A stretch of 64,000 nucleotides of DNA from Microbotryum violaceum (taxonomy: Eukaryota): NCBI GenBank assembly GCA_001244265.2, contig CDLV01000014.1, positions 620,001 to 684,000 of the forward strand, written 5' to 3'. Each line of letters starts with the position of its first letter. Position 1 is the first letter of the stretch. The position numbers and the translations under genes were made by a program. This document shows, piece after piece, positions 35,288-47,907 of the stretch. Under the pieces are notes generated by a model. The model was not told where the DNA came from, did no database searches, and worked only from the letters and a program-made list of their open reading frames with translations.

Positions 35288-37258
35288 ATGGCCTCTCTGG
35301 GTGGTATCCGCGATCTGTACGAGCGGGCCAAGACGGTGACAACGCACCGTCGATCGGACTCGCCGGCGCCGTTCTGGTCGCCCCTCGACAGCGCCGTGCC
35401 GGAAGGGTTCCGGATCTCCAGTTCGACCTTTACGGTGTCCGTCTCGCCCTTTTCGACGCTGTCCTTCACCTCATGCGGGCGACATGCCAAAGGAACGTTG
35501 TTGTACATGCATGAGGGTTCGCTCACGACGGTCGAGACGGTCATGTCGGGGCAGTTGCCGGACTACGACGAGCGCTACGATCAGACGGGTGCCGCTGTGA
35601 TTTCGAGCGACTCCAAGGAAGCGAGCCACGTTAAGGTCGTCGTCGAGGCACGACACAACAGCGACGAACTGTTACGATTGTGCAAGATTGGAACCGTGCA
35701 AAAGGACCTCGAAGGCGGCATCTATATCGAGGTAATTTATCTCAGACTGGCTGATATTCGACTTGATCCCCCTCCGGCGGACAAGCGACCCTGATCGTCA
35801 GGCCACCCCACACTCGGGGGTCTCAATCTAGGGCGAGACCTATCTCCGGCCGCCCCGGCCGTGGGGGCCCCGCGTTGCGTGCAGCGCATTCCATGAAGTC
35901 TGAGCCACTGGGATTCATTTCTCTGCTGTATAACTAAACATTTGCTTTCCCTTCATGCTCGCGCTTATCGCAGACCCCTGAAGAGTCTGCCCGGGGCACT
36001 CTCGCTGGCGCCTCCATCTCGTTCCATATAACCTTCGAGCTTTCCGTCGCGGTGAAGGCGCTCGATACTCTCAGAGTCACGTCGAACCAGTTCCGCATCC
36101 TCTTTGACCCATCTTTATCAAATTTGGCTATCGCGAACCTCGAGCTGTCGACTTCCGATGGGCCGATACGTCTCGATCTCGTCCGCGTCGGCCGAGCCAA
36201 GATCGTCAACCTCAACCGGCTCGACCGAGAAAGTCAAGCCTGACGAACCACAACGATCTCGTCTCGGGTCGCATCGTTGCTTCCGATGATTTGGTACTCG
36301 ACTGTTCGAACGGTCCTATCTCCGGAACCTACACGACGACTTATCCAAACGCACCGCTGGCGATCAAGACGGTCAACTTTGACATTCGAGATGTGGCGGT
36401 GCGCTCGGCGGGAGGGATCTACGTCTCCAACACGAACGCGTCCATCACGGGTTATTTCTTCGCGAAAGAGCTTTTGACGATCGAGACTCAGCATGGCAAG
36501 GTCGGTGACGCCAATTCGACGTTCAGAGGCGAACGCGGCGTGCGAATTACGACCGCGGCGGCTGGAATCAATGGTCGATTCGAAGTCGCCAAAGAATTAA
36601 CGATTAAGTCCTCGTCGATGCCGATTGATGCGCACGTGACAATTTTGAGTCGAAGTGCGATCTCGGAGCAAGCTTCGGTCCTCGCGGCGGCGAACATCGT
36701 GGACCGAAATCGACCTGGCCTACTGGCTGCGAAAGACGCGGGGAGGAGCTCGTTTGAACCCCCTTCGTTCGAAACAGCTGTGCGGAACGGTGCGGGCCAA
36801 TCGACTTCGAGAGAGCTCGAGACGTTGACTGTGTTGTGTGAGACCAAGGATTCGCACGTCATGTTGGATTTCCAAAACCACCCGCGAGAGATTAAACTGA
36901 CAAGCGAGGTCAAGACGACGGGCGGAGGTCTGGTCAAGGTCACGCATCCCAATGAGTTCGTGGGCAGCTTTTCCGTGAGTGGATCGACACACCAGACCAT
37001 TGTGGACAAAAGCTCATTAATGCTGACTCCTGCCCATTATCTCGACAGGTTGCCACTGGCGCCCTCCAACAAGCCGTCCTCGACGTTAAACCCGACGCGG
37101 ATTCGGACTCCGTAGTAGCAAACAAGAAGGCCGTCTCGTACAAGATCAAGAAGCGCGCCGAAATTATCGGCACCATCACATACGAGGACGACTCGGTCAA
37201 GCCTCGCAATTCGACCAAGATCGTCACCAGTGGCTCTGCCGAGCTCGTAGTTGGTTGA
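35288..37258 (+). CDS. Hypothetical protein with repeated beta-strand (xNGxIxG, adhesin/DUF4097-like) units; possible frameshift near 36232
   Basis: SDGPIRL, SNGPISGTY, TNASITGYF, AAGINGRF, SSMPIDAHV repeats. Frame change between ORFs 36052-36243 and 36291-37115 with only a weak intron candidate. Confidence 0.6.
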
Positions 37259-37789
37259 AGGCGTTACTTTGGGTAGTAGTCCTTGGGCCACTTGGACGGT
37301 TTTGAGAGCTGAGCATGAAACTACATGCCCTGTAGAGACGAAGTAGATGCTTTTTGTGCACTTGGATTGGGAAATTTTATCCTTGTATCATTGAGCCGGC
37401 TCGAGTGTGTGTTGCAGTACATGCAAACACTTGAGTGAAGAGCTTGCCGGCGCTGATTGGACAGCCAGGCTTGGCTGAACAGCTCGGGCTGAGCCCGGTG
37501 CTCCCGACCACGTGACCGGGATCGGACTAAAGCTATTTTTAAATGTTTCGGAGTCACAGAGCGATTTAAGTTCGTTATTAATATTCTCCGATATGAATGG
37601 ACCATGATCGGCCTTTGAGTACCGAATATAATGGTAAATTCGCCCGCCGGCGCCTTTCTTCGGCCGGGTACACGAACAACCGGAAGCACTGAGCATCGTA
37701 GCTCGGCGCGATTCCGGCTTGGCCTGCTCCCCAAATCTTGATTCACGTTCGCCAACAGCTACTGGTTCATTCACGACCTTCCAAGCGAC

Positions 37790-39034
37790 ATGGCAAACCA
37801 AGTGCTCGAGATTCCCCAGTCATTTCCGCCAGGATCTTTTAAGGGTCGCATTGCGCTAATTACGGGTGGCAGCTCAGGTACGTGAATCCGACCAGCGCCA
37901 TCGTCCTCTCGTGCCAGTGGCTGTGGGCAGCTTTCGCAGTCGCATCAGCAGATTGTCCTTGTCTAGGCCAGGGCTTTCATTGATGCGAGTATGGTCGTTC
38001 TACAGGTATCGGCTTGTCTACGACGCAGACCTTGCTCTCGCTAGACTGCAACGTCGTGATCGGTGACCTTTCACCCCCACCTTCGAGCCTCTCGGATGTG
38101 GCCTCCAAATCCGGCGCCAAGTTGACCTTCCAAAAATGCAACGTTGCCGACTACTCGTCACTTCTCGCGCTCTTCAAGCACTCCAAGAGCCATTTCGGAG
38201 CCTACCCTTCCCTCGTTTTCGCCAATGCCGGTATCGCCGAACGAGGCAAACTTTTCACCTTTGACTCGCCCGAAACGGATCCTTCGATCGAGGTCGAACC
38301 CGATTACTCAGTCATTGATATCGACCTCAAGGCCGTTGTCAGTACGGTTAGGATTGGGATGTGGGGGATCAAGCAGAACAGTGATGAAGGAGCCGGACCG
38401 GATGTAGGCAAGGATGCGAGCATCGTCATCACCGCTTCGATGGCGGGTTATGCGGGGCAGGGTGGATTGCCGGTGTGAGTGGGATGCAGTGTACTACATG
38501 TGCTGCAGATGGCTCCAGTGGCTGATGCCGTGCTCTCTCCAACCCTTGGATTCCTCTTCATGAACTGCAAACGACTCTGGTTACATGCACTGAACGTAAA
38601 AAACCGCTTACTATAGTTACAACGCTGCCAAACACGGCTGCATTGGTCTGGTCCGTTCGATGCGCTTCCTCGCCCCCGCCCAAGGGGTCTACGTCTCTTG
38701 TGTCGCGCCGGCCATCACGATGACTCCCCTGATCTCTTCGTCGCTGCCTTACGTCCCCGGATCGCAATCCATAATCCAAGCCTCGGTCGAAAAGGCGTTC
38801 GTCTCCGCCGGTGTGCCGATGAACACCCCTCAACACGTCGCCAACGCCGTAGTGTACCTCATGGCCGAGGGATCGAAAGCGAGTGGCAAGGGCATCTTGT
38901 GCCAGGGTGGGCAATATGCGGATCTGGAGAGGGGCATCAATGCGAGCAGAGATGCTTGGATGAGCGCCATGCATGCGAGGATGTACAGGAGTGGGAATAA
39001 AACCAAGGAGAGCAAGGGCGCGGCGAAGTTGTGA
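37790..39034 (+). CDS. Short-chain dehydrogenase/reductase with PTS1 -AKL
   Basis: ALITGGSS|GIG, FANAGI, VITASMAG, YNAAKHG; ends GAAKL*. Confidence 0.9.
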
Positions 39035-39092
39035 AGGAGAATGAGGGGGGTCTAAACCTACCAAGGGGAGCAAGGGCGCGGCGAAGTTGTAG
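39003..39092 (+). repeat. Direct duplication of the SDR 3' end (32 bp, 58-bp offset)
   Basis: ccaaggagagcaagggcgcggcgaagttgtga (39003-39034) vs ccaaggggagcaagggcgcggcgaagttgtag (39061-39092). Confidence 0.9.
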
Positions 39093-39736
39093 ACTGATTG
39101 ATGTAGCATAAATGAGGGTGGTCTATACATGGCTGATTGGTAATGCTATAGCCTGTTGTCTCGAAGGTTTTGTCGGAATTTGGACGGTAGGCGAGGTCGA
39201 CCGAGGCGACTAGTGCAGAGCGACGCCTAGAAGTACAACTTTGGTTTGCTGGAAAACGGCCTCTGGTTCGAAGTGAACACGGGTCGAACGCAAACAGGTT
39301 TACTCGACCCTTGCCTTTGGGACGGGAAGGCCTTGGTGACGACGATCGAAGGGACCCCTGTGGAGAGGGGTTTGGGAATGATCGTGTCGAGCAATGTGTA
39401 GAGGACGGTGATGTCGAGGATGGATGTCATGGTGAGGTGTAGAAAAAGAAGCGAGAGCTTTCGTGGTGGAGCGTAGTACTGCATTGCACTGCCCCATCCT
39501 TATCTTCTCTTCGCATGGTTGTTCTTCCTTCGCTCTTTCTATCCTCAGCGCTCAGATCAACCCCCTTTGTTGAATTGCACGCGCGCGGGAGCTGCCATTT
39601 CGAGCCGGTCAGCAGAAAGGGACAGAAGAAAGGGAATTGGGGGCAGGTTCGGCGGGCCAGCGTGGTGAACTACGTCGATGCGGGGTAGACCACGTTTTTT
39701 CACAGGCCACATGACGACGATCATCCGCACGACGTA

Positions 39737-40839
39737 CTACCCCGCACCACTGAATTCGGTCCCATCCCGATCGCTCCTCGCCGCACCCCCACCGGCCTCA
39801 TATTCATATTCACCCAATTCCGCTCTCCTCGCAGCCTCATTCGGTTTCTCCAACCATAACTGCTCGATCTCTTCGTGGCGTTCGGCTTCGGGGTCGAGCA
39901 TGGACATGCGCTTGTGCGCTAAGGCGAAGAAGGGCCGTAATTCGTTCACTTCGAGGGAGGCGAGGTTCGGCATCTATGGATTACGAGATACAGTGAGACC
40001 TGCTCAGCACGTGGTGTTGGAATTACTTTCAAGAATGATCTTGAGGCAAGTGCAACACTTACGGCAAGATGTATCGGGTTGAGGGCTGCGAGACCTGCGC
40101 GGACTTTGGCCTGACGAGCTTCCCGAATATCCTTAAGCAAGAGCCGAACCTTGTCCGGTTGAGCGATGTCATCCAAAGCACTGTTGTGGTTAACAACAAA
40201 CCTGACTCGTTCAATTCTGATTAGACCCATCCGGAAGAGTTTAGAGTGGAGAACTTGCACTTCAAGTAGAATTTTGGACACCTCAAGGTAATCCCTCGGC
40301 AGGTCCGAAAAGCCTTCGTCTGTCGTTTCCTCTTGCAATGTGTTCTCAAGCCGCGCTGTCGAGTGAAGCCGTGGGTCACAACATATCAGTTGTGATTACT
40401 GCCGGGATCTACCCTGCAGCATCCAATGACCTGCGTCTGTCATCGCCGGAAACTGACGTATGGCGAGCCATGTGGGAGCGATGATACGACACTTGCGCTT
40501 CTTTTTGAGGTGCACCGCGAACCAAAGTGGCACGGTGGATTTTTGCGGTGGATTTAGAGGACCGTAGCGTATTGAAGGCTGGTGAAGGGGAACAAGAGGT
40601 GAGCGGTGAGTTGATGGGGAGCAAGAGAGCGGATGCGAGAGTCGCCCGGAGGTGATATGCACCGTCCACACAGTTCATGCGGGGAAGGACTCGTTAGGAG
40701 GTGAAATATTACTCACACCGTCGAGGCCTTCGACCAGAGGTACTTTGACGGAAGGCACGATCTCGATCGTCCGTTCCATGGCCAGGAACTCGAGGTCGCC
40801 CGGTGTCGGCCCTAGTTGCCGCAGTCTCGAGACGGACAT
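39737..40839 (-). CDS. PSF2: GINS complex subunit Psf2
   Basis: LEFLA..IEIVP, YGPLNPPQKSTVPLWFAVHLKKKRKCRIIAPTWL, FSDLP, LLKDIREARQAK, NLASLEVNELRPFF. Confidence 0.94.
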
Positions 40840-40959
40840 GGTGCAAGTGACAAAAAGTTTTAAAGGAATGTGTCTCGGTGTACGTAGAGAATGGAGCTCG
40901 GTGTCGTTGTGGGTCTGGAGTGCAGAGTGGGTGTAGGACGAGAACGAGAACGAAGCTCT

Positions 40960-40974
40960 CGCGTCGCGACGCGT
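40960..40974. promoter_or_regulatory. MCB-like element upstream of PSF2
   Basis: Palindrome CGCGTCGCGACGCG (40960-73) overlapping ACGCGT (40969-74), ~120 bp upstream of the PSF2 ATG. Confidence 0.5.
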
Positions 40975-41450
40975 GCTGGCTCAGTCAAAAAAGTGGGAGA
41001 CAATGAATCCAGTAGATGGGAAGAATCAGAGTGGTTCTGTTGATCCGGGACAAGGTTGTCGAGTTTGATTGCGAGGGTTTGTAGATATGAGGAGGTACGA
41101 GGTGCGAGTCGCGTGGTGTTGTGAGCTCGACTCGGATGAGTGACTCAAATCGGCGTCAGCGCGCGCTCGGACCGCTTCCACTCACAACCTGTCCCTTATC
41201 AGAAGGGCCGACCTATTAATTCGTCGGCGCCTGCTTGTCTCTGCTCGTCTTGCTTCCTGCGGCTGGCAGCTGTGGTTGGTGCTCACCTCTCCTACTTGCT
41301 ACCATCCCACGTGCCTTCTCACTCTCGCGTGTCCAGCGGTTACAGTGACTCGGACTGCCGCTTCCAGCTGTGTGCCACCACTGCGGCCCCCCGTTTGGAC
41401 CAACCGACTGCCAGCGACTCGGAACCACTCGCCAGCCAACCCGAGTCGTC

Positions 41451-41495
41451 AGCGCAGCCGCCAACGCAGCCGCCAGCGCAGCCGCCAGCGCAGCC
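41451..41495. repeat. 12-mer tandem repeat (CAGCCGCCAGCG-like) x~4 upstream of CTL gene
   Basis: agcgcagccg ccaacgcagc cgccagcgca gccgccagcg cagcc. Confidence 0.8.
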
Positions 41496-41548
41496 ACAAG
41501 CACACGCTCCCACTCTCAGTCTCCCATACACCACCCTCGCAAACCATC

Positions 41549-43863
41549 ATGCAGGGCTTTGCATCGTATGCATCCCATTTACTCGCCTCAACTACGGCCG
41601 GGCCGAGTCAAGGGCTGAGCGCATACATCGGCGGTGGCGCCCACCCGAGTGCCTCCTCAGCGACGCCCATGTTCTACTCGACCCGCGACTCGTACATCCC
41701 CTTTGACGAGTCGGACGATATACTCGGCGCGTCTTCGTCGACCCAGGGCGAAGATGCTCGAGGGAGGTACGACAACACTCGCACGGGCCTGTCCTTTGGT
41801 GGCAGCGTCGATGGCGGCAGCACCAGCACCGACACACGTGACGACCTCCATCATGACCGAATACGGACACCCGCGGCCGCCTCGCTCGGTGACAGTCATG
41901 GGCATCACCACCGCAACCACGGTGTTCAACCGGACGATGACGACGATGATAACCCCTATCGACGTGACCCAAGTGTGACCACCGCAACATCGTCCTCGAA
42001 CGCTGCAGGCGCAGCACCGTCGAGCATGCTCGGGCTCGACCTCCCCGCGTTCGTCTCGAGGATCAACCCGGCCAACGCCGCTCGGGGATGGCGCGCACAC
42101 GAATCGGTGCAACACCTTCCACCGCATCGCTACTACCCCGAGCAGGACGATCTCTCGGAAGACGAAAGCCCACTCGACTACATCGAGGATGCCGATGAGG
42201 AGGACGAGGACGCTAGTCCACCAGGGGCATTTCTTTCGACACCCTCTCCGCCTTCTTCGAGCGGAGGAGCAGAGCCTTTGCTGGCGCAGAGAACGCTGTT
42301 CCTTTACCCGGCTCGGGGGAGAACAGAAGGCGTCAGAGCGAACGGGGAATACAGAGACTCGTACTGGATCGTCGCATATGGTGTATGTGTGCTGGCCGTG
42401 TTTGTGCTCGGGCTGCTGGGATGGTGGAAGACACCGATAAAGGTTGGTCTTTGGTCTTGTTCCGTGCAGAGATTCTTTTGCTTAGTATCAAAGCTAATTC
42501 TTTGCGATATGCTCCCGAACCTCAGGACACACCCTCGTACCCCGCATACTCGATATTCCACACGATCCCCGTGCTGCTCACGCTCTCGTTCGTCTCGCTT
42601 CTCGCGGGTGTCTCATCGGCAACATATATCCTCGCCGTACGACAGGGGATGCGACACTTCATCAACGCAGCTCTTATCGCTGGCCCGCTTCTGTTCATCG
42701 GTGCGGGTATGCTCTCGTTTGGAGGCTCATTCGGCGGTATCGGCGCCGCAGGCGACAAGGGCTGGAAAACCGGGATGAGATGGTTCGCTGTGGCATGCTT
42801 CGTGTGGGCGTATGTGTTGGGCAGGGCGGCCATTTCGAGGAGGAAGCAAGTTTCACGAGCTATTGCTCTAGGAGAGGTACGTTTGCACTTATTCTCACTG
42901 CGCATGCCTAGCCTTAGGATACTTACTCATTTGGGCGATTCTGCAATCCTCGACCAGCTGGCGACCCAAATCATTCTCGAGCACCCGCCCCTCATCTTGC
43001 TATGCTTCGGCCTTTCGGTTCTATCGGCGGTCGTTGCGCTCCCATGCTTTGTCCTCGTCGCCAACCAGCTGTTCGACTCGTCGGTCTCGTCGTCGTGGCT
43101 CCCCGGGTGGGGTTCCATCGTGACGTTGCTCGTCTTCGCGTGGTCGCTGGCCATCCTGCGTGGCGTGCAGCATGCCATCGTCGGCGGTGTCGTCGGTGCC
43201 TATTACTTCGAACGCCAGCAGGCCGAATACCCCGGCCCCGTCGTGGTGACTAGAGCGGCGTTGCAGCGCGCGACCCATGGCTCGCTCGGGACCATCATCT
43301 TTGCTTCGGCCATCACTTCGCTCGCCACATCGACGACGAGCCTTCTCAAGCGCGCGCAGACTGTGCTCCGTTCCAAGCATCTTCACCCCATTTTTCAGCC
43401 GTTAACATACCTCGTACCGCTGATGGGCATCGTCACGAGCTTCATTTCCAGCTTCAATGGCTATGCGCTGAGCTACGCCGGGATGACGGGCGAGCCGTAC
43501 CTGCAGAGCGCTCGCGAGGTCGCCAAAATGGTACGACAGAACAAGACGAGTGCGCTGGGTGACAGCCTCCTCGTACGCCTCGTCCTCTTTGTCGTCTCGT
43601 TCGGTTTCTGCCTCCTCGCAGGTCTGATCGCGTTCCTGGTCGCGTCGTCGAGATTGGCGTCAGGGGTGCACATGACGCCGTTCGTCGCTGCGTTGTGCTA
43701 CTTTGTGCCCATGTGGACGCTCAAGTTGTGCCACGATGTCTGTGGAGATACGGTCGATGCCCTGTTCCTGTGCCTCAACATCGATCTCGTCAAGGGGGAG
43801 AACCACTCGGAGGAGACGAGGACCGCGTTCAAGACCGAGGCAAGTGAGCCGAGTTTCGTTTGA
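41549..43863 (+). CDS. Choline transporter-like (CTL/PNS1 family) membrane protein
   Basis: YRDSYWIVAY, multiple TMs, VGGVVGAYYF, ALQRATHGSLGTIIFASAI, FNGYALSYAGMTGEPYLQSAREV, DTVDALFLCLNID. Confidence 0.85.
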
Positions 43864-44587
43864 GGAAGCGCTGCTGCCTTCTTTCACTGGACGGAGGACC
43901 GTTGAGGAATGGAATTGTGAGTATTGTTGTGTTCCTATCCGAGTGCTTTGCTCAGTGTAGTGCCTCATCTTTTGTCTTTGCTTTATTTCACTGTTCCATC
44001 ACTGTAATTGATTGCATGTCAAGTTTCGACCACGTAGCTTTTTCTTTTCTCAGTAAGATTCAAGTGAGATGGAACCCTTCGGCGCGCGAGGTCACGAGGA
44101 GGCCGAAGGAGTTTGGTTCGCCGTGCACCATAGCTGAACTCATGACGACAGTACTTCCATCCGGTGCACCACATCAACCGGGCCATATGCGTCGTCTGCC
44201 ATCGGACAACGACTGCCCGGCTCGCTAAGACTCTGCAATACCGCCCGAGGATTTCCTTCTTCCCTTCTATCTCTGCAGTTTGGGGGACCCTTAGTACTAC
44301 TGAAATTTCATGTACGGCCCGGCCGATCTAACGCGGCGCGCGTTGGCCCCGGCCAAGTTGTCCGCATACATACCACACTGTCCCTCACGCGTCACTCCCA
44401 AGTTTACACAAGACTCACTTTCTTACGATACACAAGTCCCACCGTCTTGACTCTTGAACGTCAGCGACCCTAATTACGTCCTCTCGCCCAGGCGCCTTCC
44501 CCGCCGCAACCGCGAGGTCCGCCCTTCCTTCCTTGATCAACACGAACACCACTCGCCGAGATCCCGCTGGCAGTACCGCAAAGCCAA

Positions 44588-46133
44588 ATGACTGCTCTAC
44601 AAACACGACCCCCACCGCCGGTGCACGATCAATGGAAGGACGCCCAACGAAGAGGGTTCTGTATCTGGTCATTACCCACGGAGGCGACTCGATCGGAGAA
44701 GATCATTCCGTCGATCGGCGCTGGTGCATCCGAGGTCGGCGCGGCGATAACGACTCTGGCGCGTGTGGGGGCGGGGCCGCCGGAGACGGGAGAGGCGGCG
44801 GCGGGTTCGAAGTTGGCTGTGATGTCGACAGGCGTCGTCAGGGGTGAGGTCATATCCTCAGATCTGGACGATGATTTCACGTCCCGGATCGAATCAGTCT
44901 CCCTCTCCACCGACCGGACCACAAGCCCCTTTTCGAATCCCTCCGGCGAAGCCTCACCCAGGACAAGAACGACCCTCTCCTCCCTCCCCACCGAAATTCT
45001 CTCCCACATCCTCAAGCTAGCGATCCAGAACACGCCCTCGTACCAACTTGCGCGTCACCTCGAGCGTTACTCCCTCATCAACCGCACATTCTCCACCCTC
45101 GCCCAGGCGAACCTTTTTCATCGGATCGTCATCGAGGGGAGAAGAGGGGCTAGAGCGTTCGAGGGTGCGCAAGAGCATTTGTTGGACTTGGTTAAGGCTG
45201 TTGTGGTTTTGGGCGAGGAGGATGGGTATTGGGGTATGGAGGAGTTGGAGGATGTGCTCAGGAGGTGTGAAGGATTGAAGGAATTGACGTTGAGGAATGT
45301 AAGATTAGATTTGGGGAGATTTGATTTGGGTGAGTACCGTCTACACAGTCTTGGGGAAATGAGATGTGCTGATTATTGGATGAATACCCTACTCGACAGA
45401 TCGCATCACTTCCCTCGAGCTGGGTCGTGTCACTCTCGAAAACTCTTCGGCCTCATCTTTACCACTGCTACGCGACCTGACGATCCAAGACGTTACCTAC
45501 GACTCCGAGCAACCCTTCCGTACCATCCTCCCGTCACTTCGTTCTCTTCGATTCAACTACGAGCAAGCCACGACTTCACCCCTCTTGTTCCAGCACCTCA
45601 TCCCATGCATCACCTCAATCGAATCACTCGAAGTCGAACGCCTGTACCCGGCTACCCAGTTCGTCGATTACCTCCTATCCCCTTCACCCAGCGTCAAGCG
45701 CGCCGCCTCGCCGCCTCTAGCAAGAACTTCGTCAGCGGAAGGACCTACTGCGGGAACGTCGTCACCGTCAGCGATGGTGGAAGCCGAAATGATCGACGCG
45801 ATTTCATCGACGCCTTCGCTCGCTCGATTGACCCATCTCAAGACCTTGATCCTCTGGAGCGACAGCTCGCACCGCGCCAACTCGCCCTTCCCTCTTCTAG
45901 AGACCCTGCTCGGTGTTGAGTTGGAAGAACTCGTCGTCCGAGTAGATTGGGGTTATCGTGATCGAGTGCAGGAGATCCAAGCGATGGAGAACGAACTGTG
46001 TGCTAGGATCGAAGAGGAGGGGAGTAAGTTGGGGAGTTTGAGGAGGTTAATATTACCGAAGGAGTTTAGAGGGAGGGTTGGGAGATTAGGGAGCGTATTG
46101 GATGGGTTCGGGGTTGGACTGAGGTTCGCTTAG
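44588..46133 (+). CDS. F-box-like / LRR protein
   Basis: TLSSLPTEILSHILKLA..RYSLINRTFSTLAQANLFHRI, then LxxLxL repeats; one intron joins the two ORFs in frame. Confidence 0.7.
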
Positions 46134-46186
46134 AGTTCAAAAGGCGGACTTATGATCATGTAGCCGATCTGTAATATGCGGCCGAG

Positions 46187-47466
46187 CTAACACCAAAAAT
46201 ACTGCTCGTTCTTCAGCCATCGGATGGACTGATTCTCAAAGCCTTTGGCATACACCGCCATCGCCGCGAGGTGTTCATCCCGTTCACACGTCGTGCCCTT
46301 CAAACCTTGCTTTTGCGCTTCCTCGATCCAACTCTCCTCCACGTTCCATCCAACGATCTTTCCTTGTTCACCCCAAATCCTTCGAACATGCTCCACAACC
46401 TTACTCAACAAGAGGGCGTAATCCTCCCTCCTCGCACATCGGAGCCTCAAAAGGTTAACGATCCTCTTTTTCGGCGCCGCATCGAAAGCGAACACGACGA
46501 AGGACCAAGTTTCGGGATCGTCCGAAGAGCCCATCTCGAAACCCCAAGGATCGGAAGCGCATTCGACGCCGCCGAGATGGAAGGCTGCGATCGAACGGGT
46601 CGTCAACCATTCGTAGGTTGAGCCTGTCGGTTCGACGATGAGGGAAGCTTCGGATTGGTGGGATAATTCGAGTTGGAGGAGGGAGGAGTCTGCTTGGGCT
46701 AGAGAGTCGAATTGCGTTCGGGTGATGGGTTGGGCCGGAAATGTGGGTTTGAAGGGAGAGTTGGAGTCTGATATTGGTTTGGGGAGGGAAGCGATCTGGT
46801 ATTCGACGGTCGTCCTTCCTTGGATGTGCCATCCTGGGTCTCCACACTTGGCATAGAATTCGCCGACGTCGGAATAGAGGAAACTCGTCTCGGCATCGTG
46901 GAAGGGGGTTTCGCTTGATCCACAAGGTCCCGAGAGGGTATCTTGCAACAACAGAGACCCGATCGCTCCGTCCGTACCATTCTTGCGTAGTTGATCATGC
47001 AGCAACGTCATCATCGTCCGCGCATGTCCTTTTCGACGATGATGAGGCGGCGTGAAGACGGAAGCGATCGAATAAGTGACGCATCGACGAACGGAGAAAC
47101 CTGGTTCGGTGAGTAGGAGGATCGGCCGTCGGAACGTCTCGACGGAGCAGTAGAAATCGAGGGTGTCGGGGCTCGAACAAGGTGCGAGGACCCTGTTCCG
47201 AACGAAACATCCGAGGTTTGCGACCGGGAATGATGTGAGTCAGCTGCAGCCCCGTCTCGAGTTTAGCTAATCCAAATAGGAACCCAAACTGACCAGCATT
47301 ACAAGCAGTGTCCCTGCTGTGTCTCGCCGAGCCTCTTCTCACGTTCGACGAACTGCTCGAGCGTCAATCCGGCGCCCCACTCGACCAGTTGGTTCTCGAG
47401 CGTTTGTAGGTATTGGTCTCGACTGGCCCGCTTGAGGATGCTTCCTTCGCTTGCAGGGGAGTTCAT
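46187..47466 (-). CDS. GNAT N-acetyltransferase (Lyc1-like lysine acetyltransferase family); in-frame TAA at 47299-47301 in the canonical splice form
   Basis: EWGAGLTLEQFVERE, WVL..SVETFRR, IASVFTPPHHRRKGHARTMMTLLH, SFLYSDVGEFYAKC..GW, WLKNEQYFWC*. Confidence 0.78.
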
Positions 47467-47907
47467 GTTGGCTTGGGATGGAAATTGAAAACGAGAGCCG
47501 AGTGGGAGATGGGGTAAAGGGGCAGCTGGACCGTGCGAGCTGGGCGCTTGCGCTTGCACGGAAGTGGATAGTGGAGCTGAGGCGGCGCTTGCGGAGGGAA
47601 AAAGAAAGGGGCCCGAAAGTAGAGCAAAAGGTCTTGGGTGAATTCTAGGCTTTTCACCATTGCGCTCGTCAGCCCTACTCAAACGTATTGGACGCGTGCA
47701 ATTCATTGCTGCAAGTTATGAAATATTTGTAAAATGCCGCTGCCCGGCGGCTGCCCGGCGGCTGGATCAGGCGGGGCTGGATGACGAATCAGGCCGAGTT
47801 GGGGAGGAGTTGGGTCACCTTGCGCGAGAGCTAATACTTTCGGTCCCCGACGGGTCACGTCGCGCTCGATTTTGCTTTCGCTCTCCACCTAACCCTCCAA
47901 CCCCAAC

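Noticed and set aside
39227-39497. Small minus-strand ORFs between SDR and PSF2
   Set aside because: No motifs or supporting evidence.
321-41495. CRISPR-like arrays
   Set aside because: The repeats are contiguous 10-12-mers without spacers, in a eukaryotic genome with no cas genes.
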